64,000 nt of DNA. It comes from Azolla caroliniana. Lineage: Eukaryota; Plantae; Polypodiophyta. The stretch lies in NCBI GenBank assembly GCA_043228905.1, contig JBHGNT010000001.1:14756001-14820000 (forward strand). The letters run 5' to 3'. Shown here piece by piece: positions 27,202 to 40,240 of this stretch; position 1 is the stretch's first letter; each line of letters opens with the position of its first letter. A model generated the notes under the pieces. That model had not been told where the DNA came from, did not search any database, and worked only from the letters and a program-made list of their open reading frames with translations. The position numbers and the translations under genes were made by a program.

Positions 27202-30200
27202 CGTGAGTTGTAGCACAAGAGGCTATGTCACATGAGCGAGAAGGGGATGAAGAGGCTTGCAGACGACAACCTCATTCCAGTGAAGAATGTGCACTTGGAG
27301 AAGTGCATTGATTGTTTGGCCGGTAAACAAAACCGGACCTCCTTCCGATCGAGGCCACCGATGAGACGTAATGCACCATTGGAGTTGGTGCATACCGATG
27401 TCCCATGCCGGAGCGCAGTACTTTGTGACGTTCATAGATGACCACAACAGGAGGCTGTGGGCCACACCGTTGAAGACGAAGGATCAAGTGTTATCCGTCT
27501 TCAAGGAGCTCCACGCAAGAGTGGAAAGAAAAACTGGACGGAAACTAAAGGCGGTTCGAGCAGATAACGGAGGAGAATAACGGAGGCAGTTCGAGGAGTA
27601 CTACCGCTCGAAGGGAATCCGGCTCGAATTTACCATGCTGAAGACGCCGGAACTAAACGGGCTAGCCAAGAGGATGAATCGGACCATAATGGAGAGGGTC
27701 CGGAGTATGCTAGCACATGCTAAACTACCCAAGACGTTTTGGGCTGAGGCACTGTCGACAACAACGTATGTGATAAACAGATCACCCTCATTGCCCTTGG
27801 ATGGAGACACGCTGCAAAAGGTGTGGACCGGTAAGGAAGTGTCGTACCGGAATTTGAAGGTGTTCCAGTGTCTCGCGTACGTGCATGTTGCTAAGGACCG
27901 AACAGGAAAGTTGGATCCAAAGAGCCGGCCATGCATATTCCTCGGATACGGCGATGATGAGTTCGGCTATCGAGTGTGGGATCCGGTTGACAAGAAGGCT
28001 TTCCGGAGTCGAGATATTATCTTCATGGAGGACAAGACTCTTGCCGACTGGGAGTTGGAGAAGAAGATAATGAACTCCGATGAGATTCGGACACACCCAG
28101 CTAAGAGCCGGTTGACACTCGAGGAACCAGCCGGTTACGGTGAGGATACCGAACCGGCAGAAGAAGAAGTAGAGGAAGCTGAAATCAGAACTGGGCAAGA
28201 TCCCGAATCGGATTCGGATGAAGAACAAATAGAGGAGCCGGTTGTCGAAAGCCAAAGACGGAGATATCCTATCAGAGAGAGAAGGGCTCCCCGGAGATTT
28301 TCGGATGCAGATCATGTGCTGCTGACCGATGAGGGAGGGTCGGAAAGCTTCGAAGAAGCGAATGATGACACCCACAGCCGCAAATGGTAAAGTGCCATGC
28401 AGGATGAGATGGATTCCTTGCATGAGAACCATATGTACGAATTAGTGGAGTTGCTGAAAGGAAAGCGGGCACTCCGAAACAAGTGGGTGTACAAGGGGAA
28501 ACTGGGAGATGTCGGCAACCCCCTGAGATACAAAGCCAGAATTGTGGTGAAGGGGTTCCAACAGAAGAAGGGCGTGGACTTCGACGAGATATTTGCCCCG
28601 GTAGTAAAGATGACCTCCATCCGGACGGTGCTGCATATAGTGGCAAGCATGGACCTCAAGGTAGAGCAGTTGGACGTGAAGACGACATTCCTTCACAGTG
28701 AGCTCGAAGAGGAGATCTACATGCAGCAACTAGAAGGATTCGTGGAGAAAGGGAAGGAGCACCTGGTTTGCTGGTTGAAGAAGAGCCTGTACCGACTGAA
28801 GCAGGCTCCCCGACAATGGTACCGGAAGTTCGACTCCTTCATGACCGATCAAGGGTACCACAAGATGCAGGCCGATCATTGCGTGTTTGTGAAGAAATTT
28901 AAAGGAGGCGACTTCTTGATACTCCTTCTGTATGTGGATGACATGTTGATCGTCAGAGGGGACCAAGCCAGAATACGGATGCTAAAGAAGGCTCTCAATC
29001 GAACTTTCGCAATGAAAGACTTGGGTCCGGCAAGACAGATGTTGGGGATGCATATCATCCGGAACCGGCCAATGAAGCAATTGTGGCTGTCACAGGAGAA
29101 GTACGTTGTCGTGAAGAAAACCGTCCACGAGCGGAATCGGTACACCGGAGTGTAGAAACCGACTCTTCATGCACGTGCGCCTTAAGTTGTACATAGGAGA
29201 TCCTAGGTAGATTCGGTAGGTAGGGAGTAAAGGGGAAACGGCTCCTTCCTTGCCTATAAAAGGAGGGAGACGAGGAGGGGCGAAGGATCGCGGAGAGTCG
29301 ACGAAGTGCTGTCGGTTTGCGTGCGAAGGCTTCTCTCTCTCTCTCTTTCTGGTTGCAAACGCCATAGCTTCCTTCTGTGCAGGTTTCGGGAGGCTCGCGC
29401 TGCTCTGAGGAATGCCCGAGTGCTTCCGGCAGCACCTCCAACCTACTCCTTCCCCTCTGTGCGTTTACGAGCAGGTATCGGCATCTGTTCGCCGGCCTGT
29501 TCGGTTGTAACCGACTTCGTGTTTTGTTGTCTTCGTGTTCTTGTTGTTTGTCTTGTCAATACATACATACTTTCGTGTCTTTTTGTGTCGCTGTCCCACT
29601 CGCGTCTTTGCGTCGAAGGGCCGTGTCCCTGTGAATCTACGCTCGCACGTAGTGGGTCTCTTCTCTTTCTCTCTTGCTCTTCGGTACAGGACCCCCGAGG
29701 TCCCGCCTCACTCCACGCATCCGCGAGGAATACCTCGACAACGTGACAAAGGTGCTTCAACGGTTCAATATGTTAGAAGCGAAACCGGTCGGATCGACAC
29801 TCCCGGCAAACTGCAGATTATCCGGTAAACAAAGCTCGAAGACGAAAGCAGAGAAGGATGATATGATGAAGGTTCCATATGCCTTTGTTGTCGGGAGCTT
29901 AATGTACGCAATGGTGTGTACCCGACCGGATATAGGATACGTAGTCGGAGTGGTGAGCCGGTTCATGAGCAATCCCGGCAAGGAGCACTGGAACGCGGAC
30001 AAATGGATACTCCGGTACTTGAAAGGCACTTCGAACATGTGTCTCCAATTCGGCTCCGGTAAACCTCAACTTGACAGTTTTACCGATTCGGACATGTCAG
30101 CTGATGTGGATACCAGCCGGTCAACATACGGGTATGTAATGACATATGCAGGGGGAGCTGTTTCATGGCAGTTGAGGCTGCAGAAGACGGTTGCCTTGTC

Positions 30201-31173
30201 AACCACGGAATCGGAGTACATGGCGGCTGTGGAAGCCGGCAAGGAAATACTATGGATGAAGGACTTCATCGGAGAGCCCGGTATCCAGCAAGATGGATAC
30301 CGGCTCTATTGCGACAGTTAAAGTGCCATCCACCTTGCTAAGAACGCAACGTACCACTCCAGGACAAAGCACATCAAGCGTAGGTATCACTGGATCCGGG
30401 AGCGAGTAGAAGATCGAGAGTTTGCGCTAATGAAGATTCACACGGCCGAGAACGGGTCAAATATGCTGACCAAAGTACTGATACCTGGCAAGCTGGATGC
30501 ATTTCGGAAGCGGATCGGACTAGTAAGACATCCCATGCCGGTGTGAAGGGGGAGTTTGTTAGGAAACAAATCCCTCTGTATTGGATTGGAGTACCCGGCA
30601 ACGGAAGACCCGGTGAGAACTAGATGACAAGTACCCAGCAAGGAAGACCCGATATGAACCGGATGTGGAGTACCCGGCCAGAGTCGGATGGTGTAGGCCC
30701 GGTGAGAAGTGCTCACCGGATGAAGGGACAGATTCGTAAATATGTTTTCTGAGAGTCCATCGGGGCTATATTTGTAAATAGCCGAAAAGTCATATTAGTA
30801 TAAATATGACTTAGGGCAAACTCAGTAAGAGCGTAGTTGTCAATTTTTGTTGGTGAAAGATTTGAGTGCGTAACTGTGTACAGAGAGAGACAGAGTGAGG
30901 AAGAGGTCGTTCCCTCTGTTGTAATCGCCGCATGTGGCGAAGATAGCAAGCTCGAGGTCGTTGCCTCAGTGCTTTACTATTGTACATTGTGATATAGTGA
31001 TAGTTTGCAGTCTGTGGGCTGTCGTGGTTTTTTCCCTAGTTTGGGTTTTCCACGTTAAAATCCTGTGTACTCTTCTCTGCACTGTGTCGTGCGTACCTTA
31101 CCCGTTTTCTGTGTTTGATCCTAGACTCGGTTGTGGCCGAGCGTCGTGTTTTAGGGAGCGTGTATTCCTGTCA
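27202..31173 (+). mobile_element. Copia B' (same family as B): IN-RT-RH, PPT and 3' LTR 30557-31173; 5'-truncated
   Basis: ORFs 27635-28390, 28397-29155 and 29674-30321 mirror Copia B. The PPT GAAGGGGGAG precedes TGTTAGG at 30557. Confidence 0.92.
29107..29740. mobile_element. Solo LTR (TGTCGTGAAG group) with a 4-bp TSD
   Basis: TGTCG...CGACA termini flanked by an exact ACGT duplication. Removing it restores RT EKYVTK. Confidence 0.9.
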
Positions 31174-31462
31174 GACTCAACACACAAGGACTATCCGGAA
31201 AGCAGAGTGTTGTACTACTTCACGTCCTGTGTGAGCGATCAACTTCTAAGCTATATTCATGAGCCCAAGACGCCGAAGGACGCGTGGGCGAATCTCAAAA
31301 GGATTTTTGCCGCCAACACAATGGCCAGAAAGCTGCAGCTCAGACAGGAGCTCAACAATGTACGACAAAGAGATATGTCGGTGGCTGATTACACCACCAA
31401 GATCAAAGAAATCTGTGACTCTCTCGCTTCCGTGAACGTGGAGGAAGCTGAAATGGTGCAGG

Positions 31463-31913
31463 TGTCAGGAATAGTACTAAAGTAGAGATGGAATTAGTAC
31501 TAAAGAAGAGCAGTACTATTAGTACTAAGGGGACGGGACTGCATAAGATTCTCGAGAGAGGAAGTGAGAAGAGGAGAGAGAGAGAGAGAGATAACGAGAA
31601 TGAGAGAGAGAGAAGGATGATGACAACAACTCTTATATTATGTGAAAAGATAAGTACAAATCGGCTAAGAGGCTTAAGACTGGCGTTGAACCAATTTGGT
31701 TCAAAACAATGCCTTGTGCCTCCTTTTATAGTGTTTTTAGGAATAATCCTGAAGCTTCTAGAATGTTCTAGAGAGATCTGGAATATACATCAATTTTCTA
31801 TGATAAAGCATAAATGAAAATAATATCCTACAAATTACAATTCATAGTCTAATGGTAAAAGCTCGACCCATGTAGCATAAGGTCATGGGTTCGAGTCTTG
31901 CCATATCATGAAA
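31463..31913 (-). mobile_element. Solo LTR of the RLG1-like Gypsy
   Basis: Homologous to 12737-13129; 5-bp TSD GCAGG; interrupts gag EMVQVC. Confidence 0.92.
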
Positions 31914-33234
31914 GCAGGTTTGTCTTGGTGGCTTGACGTCAAAGTTTGGACCTTTCGGAACGGCAGTCTACACATGGGAGAATACGCCTTCGTTTTTCGA
32001 GCTTCACTCAATGTTGCTCGTAGAAGAAAACCACGCGGGTGTGTCGACGAGTGCGCACACCGATGGGAAGATGCTCTACACGGAGGATGACAGGCTCCGT
32101 GGTCGTGGTGAACGAGGCGGATCAGAGCACACAATGGAGGCGACCGAAAAGAGCAGAATGTATGGCATAATCGAGATGCCGGGAGTAATTCCGAAGTCAT
32201 GGCGGCGCCGGAAGACAACAAGAAAAGACTGCGCCAGATTGCTCGTACTGTGGCAAGAAAGGCCACAAGGAGAGCAAGTGCTGGAAGAAACAAGCTGATT
32301 CAGACAAAGATGGATCGAGCAGAAGAGGTGCCGGAAGGCGTCAGAACTCGCACTTCGTGGAAGGCTTGGAACGAGCCGGAGATGGTGTGGGCCCTACCTT
32401 CGTAATGAAGCATAAGGCCAACTCAACGGCCGTGAGCACCTCGAAATCAAGCGAGGTGTGGTATGTCGATTCCGGAGCATCAAATCATATGACGAGTCAC
32501 GAGGATGGTTCTCGTACTTGGAGAAGCCGGAATCACAAGGGGTTGTCGAAACGGGAGATGAACATGTTGGTGAAGTTCCCCTCAGCCACGTCGGGCAGAA
32601 AGGGAAGCTTATGACCGTGTTGCATGTCCTGACAATAACGAAGAACTTGGTGTCGGTCGGTCAGATTGTTGAAAGGTATGCAAGTTCGATTCACGCACCT
32701 CGGTTGCTTCATAGAAGAGGAAGGCAAAGTAATCGCACAAGGACATAGTGAAGGCAGGATGTTCATCCTCGACACTAATCAAGCTGGAACCGCGTTGTAC
32801 GCAAAAGGACAAAAGGTCGAATCGGATATCGACCTGTGGCACAAGCGATTCAGCCATGTGAATTTCTCATGTAGATACACGCCGCAGTAGAACGGCGTGG
32901 CCGAGCGAAAGAATCAGACAATCGAAGAAGCGGCCAGGGAAATGCTTGAAGAGAAGCGTATGCCGAAATTCTATTGGGTTGAAGCCGTGAAGACGGCTGT
33001 CTACATGCAGAATCGGACTTCTGCTAATGGAGGAGTGTCGCCACATGAGCTGTATTTTGGGAAGCAGTCGAACTTGGCACACTTGAGGATTTTCGGCAGA
33101 ATCGCGTATGTGCACGTGCCGAAGGAAAAAAGGAGGAAACTGGATGCTAAAGCTGAGAAATGTATCTTGGTCGGCTATTCAAATGAGTAGAAAGGGTATA
33201 AGTGTTATGACCCTCAAACAAAGGAAGTACGTGT

Positions 33235-34352
33235 TGTCGTGAAGATCCGTCACTAGGCGCGGATCGCGAGGCGGAACCGTCGGGGTTCTGGACCGGAAGG
33301 ATCGAAGTTCGCACCAAGCTTAGCGAGAAAGTATTTAGGATAGATTGAGAGAGAAAAAGAGATTAAGATTAAACGCTTGACTTAGATTGAGAAAGATTGA
33401 TATGGCCAAGAGAGAGATATTGAGATTAAGATTTTAACTCTTGATTTAAGAAACAAGATATATATCATCAATGAATTTTCTTCTCCTTAATTTCTTAGTT
33501 CATACATGGATCCATAATACATTTTCAACCATCCTTTTATAGATGCCCCCATGCATATGGTGCATGTTTATCATTTGGCGCTCGTGTATTACATGTGGTG
33601 CATGATAACCATGTCACTCATTTTAGCTGTCATGCATAAGAATTTACATGTAAAAGTACGATGATAAAAATAAAATTTCAACTAAATATCTTGGCTTAGT
33701 GGTAAGCCAATTGACTCCTAACTTGGAGGTGTAAGGTTCGAATCCTTACTTGCCCTCCTTATATATGTATATATAATTTATATATTTATTTATTTAGTCG
33801 CCGGACGTCGGTTTCCGACCGTCTTGTCGGTTGCCGCCGGATGCCGGATGTCTGTTCCACCAGCTCACCAGCTCCGTCGGATGTCGGTTCCGCCGGATCA
33901 CCGGTTGCTGGTGTGCCACCTTCGCTTTGCCGGATCACCGGTTCTATCGCCGGTCCGGTTTTGGTTGGCCAAAATCTTTACAAGTGGCTAGGTCACCTCC
34001 ACTCTTAGTTCAAGTTACGTTGAACTCTCTATGCTCCACACATAGACACAATGATAATAGTTTTTGCTCTACCTTATATATGATGAGAGTCGTATTTGTT
34101 GTGCCTATGTGGGATATCTCACAGTTTTCTCTTTTCCTTTCACAAACTTTATACCCTCATATCTTGACATCTAGTTGTCCGTTTCTCGTGTAATAAAGTG
34201 CATTCGAAAGCTCTTGAAGGCCTCTATCATTTTGTACTTAGATATTAAACTTATTTAAAATTTTATCTTCACTATTATTGTTTTATGTGATTCATACTCG
34301 ATTTTGTACGTTTTATGTGATTTTCACACCATTGCCGAAAATCTTCACGACA
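33235..34352 (-). mobile_element. Solo LTR (TGTCGTGAAG group), related to the LTRs of the Trp-primed element
   Basis: Inverted termini TGTCGTGAAGAT...ATCTTCACGACA; shares internal blocks and its end with 50387-51150; 4-bp TSD gtgt/acgt. Confidence 0.88.
33685..33757 (+). other. tRNA-derived module (A box, CCT anticodon-like loop, perfect T arm) inside an LTR
   Basis: D arm GGCTT-agtggt-AAGCC, then CCAA...CTCCTAA...TTGG, then T arm GTAAGG-TTCGAAT-CCTTAC. No good acceptor stem. Confidence 0.75.
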
Positions 34353-37300
34353 ACGTAAGCTGCGACGTCGTGTTTGACGAGTCCGCTTCGTGGTACTTGC
34401 CTTCACCTCCAGTACCTCAAGACTCCATTATGATTTCTGAAGAAGAGATCAGCGAGGCTGAAATGCCCTCGCATGATGAGGATGTCGGAGTTCTGAGAGA
34501 GAGTCCAATCTCATTTCAGCTAAGCGGGCCGAATGAGGGGTTGGACCGAGATGGCCAACCAAATGGTGAGACGTCGAGCAGTGGAGACTCGGTCGTGCAT
34601 TCCCCATGCAGGAAGCCAAGGAGACGGCTTACGCGCAAGGAAAAAGGCAAGAAGAAAATGCCGGAATACGACTTCGGCAGCGCCGAGTCAGATCGGAGTG
34701 AGTCTGACTACGGGCAAACTGAAAAGGAACCTCCATGGAAGAGGTCGATGATAGCCGAAAAGGTCGTGAAATCGGGTAGTCACGAATTACGCTGATCTAC
34801 CCGCATCAAGAACCCCGTAAAGAGATACGGGTATAATGAGTACATGGCACACCATTACGCGTAAATGACGCAAGTGGCAAAGTGCGTGAGCCGGAGAGCT
34901 ACGTAGAAGTGGCGAAAGATGCGAACTAGCGTGCCGCCATGGAGGAAGAGATGCGCGCATTGGCGGAGAATGAAACCTGGGACCTAGTTGACGCACCGCA
35001 GGGTGTGAAGCCGATTGGATGTAGGTGGGTGTACAAGGTCAAGTACAACACCGACGGCTCGGTCAACCGATACAAGGCCAGGTTGGTAGCGAAAGGCTAC
35101 ACGCAGAAGCACGACGTGGACTATGACGAGACCTTCGCGCCTGTCGCGAAGATGACTACCGTGTGAGTCTTGCTAGCCGTAGCAGTGGCAAAGGGGTGAC
35201 ACTTACATCAAATGGATGTAAAGAACGCATTCCTACAAGGTGATCTTCAAGAGCAGGTGTACATGGTACCGCCCGCCGGATTTCTATCCGTACAAAACAC
35301 CTCGACAGTTTGCCGATTGAAGAAATCTTCATATAGACTGAAGCAAGCCCCGCGAGCTTGGAACGCAAAGATTATGAAACAGTTGTGTAGGATGGGGTTT
35401 GTGCCGTCGAAATCAGACTCTTCTCTATTTGTTTGGCAAGGTCAATATGGACCGATCAACCTGCTCTTGTATGTTGATGATTTAGTCATCGTCGGTGCTG
35501 ACCTTGACGAAATCCGCCGCGTGAAGTCTCTGCTTGTGGCATCTTTTGAAATGAAGGATCTCAGAGACCTTCATTACTTCCTCGGGATTGAAGTGATCCA
35601 TTCCTTCGAAGGCATATTCATCAGTCAGCGTCATTACGTGCTGAATATGCTCTTCAAGTTCGAGATGGCAAACTGTAAGCCCATCTCGACCCCTCTGGAT
35701 AGAAATGTAAAGCTTCACCAAGATTCGAGAAAGGCGTGCGACCCGACACGGTTCCGACAGGTTGTCAGAAGCCTCATCTATTTGACTATTACTCGGCCGG
35801 ACCTCAGTTACCCGGTTGGCATGATCAGTCAATTCATGTCGCAGTCTATGACAGAACACTTCCAGTGTGTGCAATGACTATTGCGATATGTAAGCGGCAC
35901 GAAAGACATGGCGTTGCTATATCGACCAGGCGTAGCTGACCAATTAGTTGGCTACACGGATGCTGATTGGGCATGAAACGCCCACGATCGTCGATCCACA
36001 TTTGGATACGCATTCTCATTAGGAAGTGCGGTGATCATGTGGAGCAACAAAAAACAGCCGACAGTAGCACTGTTGAGCACGGAGACCGAATATCGAGGGA
36101 CGATTGTCGTTACGTGTGAAGTCATTTGGTTAAAACGGCTATTACGGGATCTACATGTGCGGGTGTCTGATCCGACGAAGATATTTTGTGACAACGTCAT
36201 CAGTATCCACCTTGCGAAGAACCCCGTGTTCCACACCCGGGCCAAGCACATCGAGGTGCATTACCATTTTGTTCGCGAGTGGGTCCTTTCAGGTGAAGTC
36301 GAACTGGTGCATGTTTCGACTGATCGGCAGATTGCCGACATCTTTACAAAACCTCTTGGTCTCGACAAGTTACGACATTTCTCAGGTGCGCTTGGGTTGC
36401 GTCACCTCGACACGCCAAACTTGAGGGGGAGAAAGGAAGAACAGGAACAAGAGCATGAAAGGAGTGGAGGTGTTCATCATGGCGGGAATGACCGTGACAC
36501 TAAATCAGATGAAGAATTCGATTTTGGGTCGAGTGAAGAAGCCGAAGAAAAGAGCAAGGGTCGTAACGGTAGGGAAGAGCCGAGGATAGCCAAATCAAGG
36601 GGAGATACAGCCAAGAAGGGCGTAAAGTCCAAGATCAAGACGTGGTCTGATGTAGTCAAAGGCCTAAAGACTGAAGACGAATTGGAGACAGCCAATTCAA
36701 ATGAAAGTGGAATTGAATCGGAAGTGTTCGATTCAATCAGAATGTTCGATTTGGATACACCGAATCAATTGAAGGCCATGCGGAGAAAAGGGTGGCGAAG
36801 GACACGCCGACACCGCGACAGCAAGGGAGCTGAGAAGGGCCAAACGAGCAAAAAAGCCAACCGGAAGGGTCGAACCGCGGGGAATCAAAGAGGTCAAGGA
36901 GCGCGAACGAGGCATAAAGCCAGAAGGAACCGGAGTGTAGATCCGGAAGAGTAGGAGGAACCTCATGTTGAGCTTGAGGGGGAGTGTTGAGTGACAAGCT
37001 CAACATTGGTTGCGTAATATGGCACGTAACCCAATGCGTATAATGGACGCGTAAGTTAGTATGCACAATCTGGTTGTAACGGTGCGTAAACCAAAAGGCC
37101 GTTAGAGAGATATTCCTCGTAAGGAATAATTTTGGGAGTGAGTGTTGAGGCTCATTTATGAGCAGTCAAGTACTGTCAATACTTGTGTCAGCCCGATTGA
37201 CAAGGCTTGTATATAAGGTGCTCACCGAGCACGAAGTATGTACAGAACAGAGAGTCATTATTTTGAATTTGAGTTTTTCGTTGTCTGCTGTCTCATTCTC

Positions 37301-37661
37301 TGTCTCTCCCTCTCCCTCTCCATCTCTGCGTTTTCTGAGTTTACCGAACTATCTTATTTCCGAACTGTGTACTCTATGTTTACGCACACGCTTCCGCACA
37401 ACGTATTCTTTTACAAGTCTTACATCCGAAACATGGTGTACATCCTTTAACATTAACCTGCAGGACTAGATGTTAACAAGCACACATTTCCTACGCCCAC
37501 AATCTTGCATTCACCGTCATTTCCCATCCTTACATAGCCATAGTCACCGGTTGTGTAAGATGAGAAACATTCTCTTTTGGGAGTTAGGTGGAATGATGCA
37601 CCGGAGTCAACTACCCAAGAGCACTCAACATTTGCAAGGTTCACACTAGCTTGTTCACAAA

Positions 37662-38048
37662 TGTTGAGAATCAAGCTCAACCTAGTCTAGTGTGTGAACA
37701 CACCCTTGAGAGTGTGCACTCAAAGGTCAAAAGTCACCACTCTTATCTACACATTAACTATGTGTCATAGAATCATATTCTATGACACATAACTAATGAG
37801 TTTTCATATTCCCCATGACCCATGAGCTTCAGTAGTTAATGAAGAGAGAGAGTGACTATATAAAGCACTCTCCTCCTACTTTGTAATTAGTTTGGTTAAT
37901 CTCCTTTGTAATATACATCGTCTTGAGTATTCTATTGTTTTTAAAATCTATCTATCTTGTGTTCTCTCATCTCTCCTCTAATTCCTCTCACACATACACA
38001 TAACACACATCTCTTCCGCTACACAAGAATCACCATCAATTCTTTACA
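37662..38048. mobile_element. Solo LTR inside Copia E
   Basis: TGTTGAGAAT...ATTCTTTACA with a 5-bp TSD ACAAA. Confidence 0.85.
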
Positions 38049-39589
38049 ACAAATAAATAACATCTCTTCCTCACTTGTTGCAATGGCTTATGTGTTTTTG
38101 TCATCATAAATTTTTCTAGGTTCGACCTCATCAACCATGCCTTTGTCCTTCATCAGGTGTCGACAATTCTTTTGGAAATGACCAGGCTTCCCACAATAGA
38201 AGCATGTCAGTCTTCCTCTAGATTTGGACCTAGCATAAGACTTATCTCTATTTTCAGGACTTTTGTGTTTGCTTCTTACTCTACCAAGTTCTTGTGTCAC
38301 ATTAGCTTCCGATTGAGACAGGGCACTTTTATCCTTTTTTCTTGTCTCTTCGTTCAGGATGCTTGTTTTCACTACTTGTAAAGACAAGTTCTCTTCTTTA
38401 CAAGAGGCACTCGGTGACAGTACTAGGTTTTCCCAACTATATGGTAGAGTACATATTAGTAACAGACCCTGCATAGCATCGTCTAATGGGGACTTCACTG
38501 ATGCTAACTAGTTTACTAGTCCCATGAAAGTAGTGATGTGCACTACGATGCTCTCACCATCTATGTACTTCAACCTCACAATTTTTCTCATTAGGAAAGT
38601 TTTATTTAGGGTGTTTTTTTCCTTTCGTACAAGGTAGAGAGTTTATGCAACAACTCGTAGGCATTTGTATCGCTTGCTAGATGTTGTAGGATGTTAATGT
38701 CTACACATTGTTATATGGCTGCCACTGCCTTTCTATTTAGAGTTTTCCATTCAGATTCTATTACCCCTATTGGTATATCCTTCTTATCTATCGGCTCATA
38801 CAAGTCTTTCACTATTAGAAGATCCTCCATCTTGATCTTCCAATCAACATAGTTATGGGACTTCAGAACTATCATCCCTGAAAATCCATTCATACTTCCT
38901 TCCATCTAGGACCTAGTGATTTGATACCAATTTGATATACTTATAGTCGGAGACGAAAACTGAAAATAGATTTGAGACACAAACACAAGTAATCACACAT
39001 AGATTTACGTGGAAAAACCACTAAATGCAGGCTAGAAAACCACGGAGCAAAAGCTTCACTATGAGACAAGCAAATACAAAGCATACAAAAGATACGACCT
39101 ATTTAGGTATGGAGGTTCTCTGAGTTTCAGTTGAGGTCACCAAACCCTAACTTTTTTTTATTTACCTCTTTTGGAAGCCCACAAAGACTTCTATGCTCTC
39201 TCACTATTTTACCTCTGTCTCACTCCCTCACTCTCTGTTCTTACTTTCTCTCTTGCTCAGTCACACGTTGTCTAAGCTCTCCCACACTCACAGAGCTTCT
39301 TCGCTTAGTGCTCACTCACTGTTCTTCTCTCGCGCTTCTCTCACACCCACAATTGTGTGTGTGCTCTCTCTGTATATATATTCTTCTCTCTCTCTCGCTC
39401 AAGTAATGATGTTCATCAGTTATCTAACAACTATATATACATATATACATATATACATATATACATAGATATATATATACATAGAACGTAATATTCGTGT
39501 TCGTGCAAGCATTCAAACATTTGAAAAGGGAAAAATACGTGCTTCTTCTTTTTTTCGTTTTCGTGATGTTTCATTTATTGAATCACAAA

Positions 39590-40240
39590 TTCAACTCACC
39601 CTAGTGGTAAGGAGTCATGTTATTGCTATTTATGTCTTGGGTTTGATTCCCAACTTTCTCATCTCTCTCTCTCAATAGTACCATGTCATAGCAAAATTTT
39701 ATATTAGTGTTATTTTTTTCTTTCTTTTCTTATTATTAAAACTAATGACAACCTAGTGGTAAGTTGTTGTGTTACTATTCCTTATGTCTTGGGTTCAATT
39801 CCCAACCTTCTTATATCTTCTTATTAGTGTCATGGCAAAATTTTATGTTAGTGTTATGTTCCTTTTTCTTCTTTTTCTTTCATTGTTATTAGAAATTAGC
39901 TCACCCTAGTGGTAAGTTGTTATGCTACTACTGCCTATGTCATGGCAAAATTTTATGTTAGTGTCATGTTCCTTTTTCTTTCTTTCTTTCTTTCGTTGTT
40001 ATTAGAAATTAGGTCACCCTAGTGGTAAGTTATTATGCTACTATTGCCTATGTCATGTTTTCTTCATATTCTCGAATATACGTTTTATGAGTTTTTGATC
40101 GTTTCTTTTTTCTTCTTCTTTTTTCTTTCTTTGTTATTAGAAATTAGCTCACCCTAGTGGTAAGTTGTTATGCTACTACTACCTATGTCATGTTTTCTTC
40201 ATATTCTCGAATACACATTTTATAAGTTTTTGAACGTTTG
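39590..40240 (+). repeat. Five degenerate tandem units of about 120-160 bp containing tRNA-like A/B boxes
   Basis: CCTAGTGGTAAG recurs near 39600, 39753, 39905, 40018 and 40153. The first two units keep the T arm TTGGG-TT(T/C)(G/A)ATT-CCCAA. Confidence 0.75.

Larger units (their letters stand above)
31174..37415 (+). mobile_element. Copia D (family of C), 5'-truncated, 3' LTR 36985-37415
   Basis: gag ARKLQLRQEL, protease WYVDSGASNHM, IN, RT YVDD, RH AKHIEVHYHF; PPT TTGAGGGGGAG; carries two solo LTRs and a deletion near 32865. Confidence 0.92.

Noticed and set aside
39590-40240. CRISPR-like array
   Set aside because: The intervening sequences are similar to each other, the context is eukaryotic and there are no cas genes.
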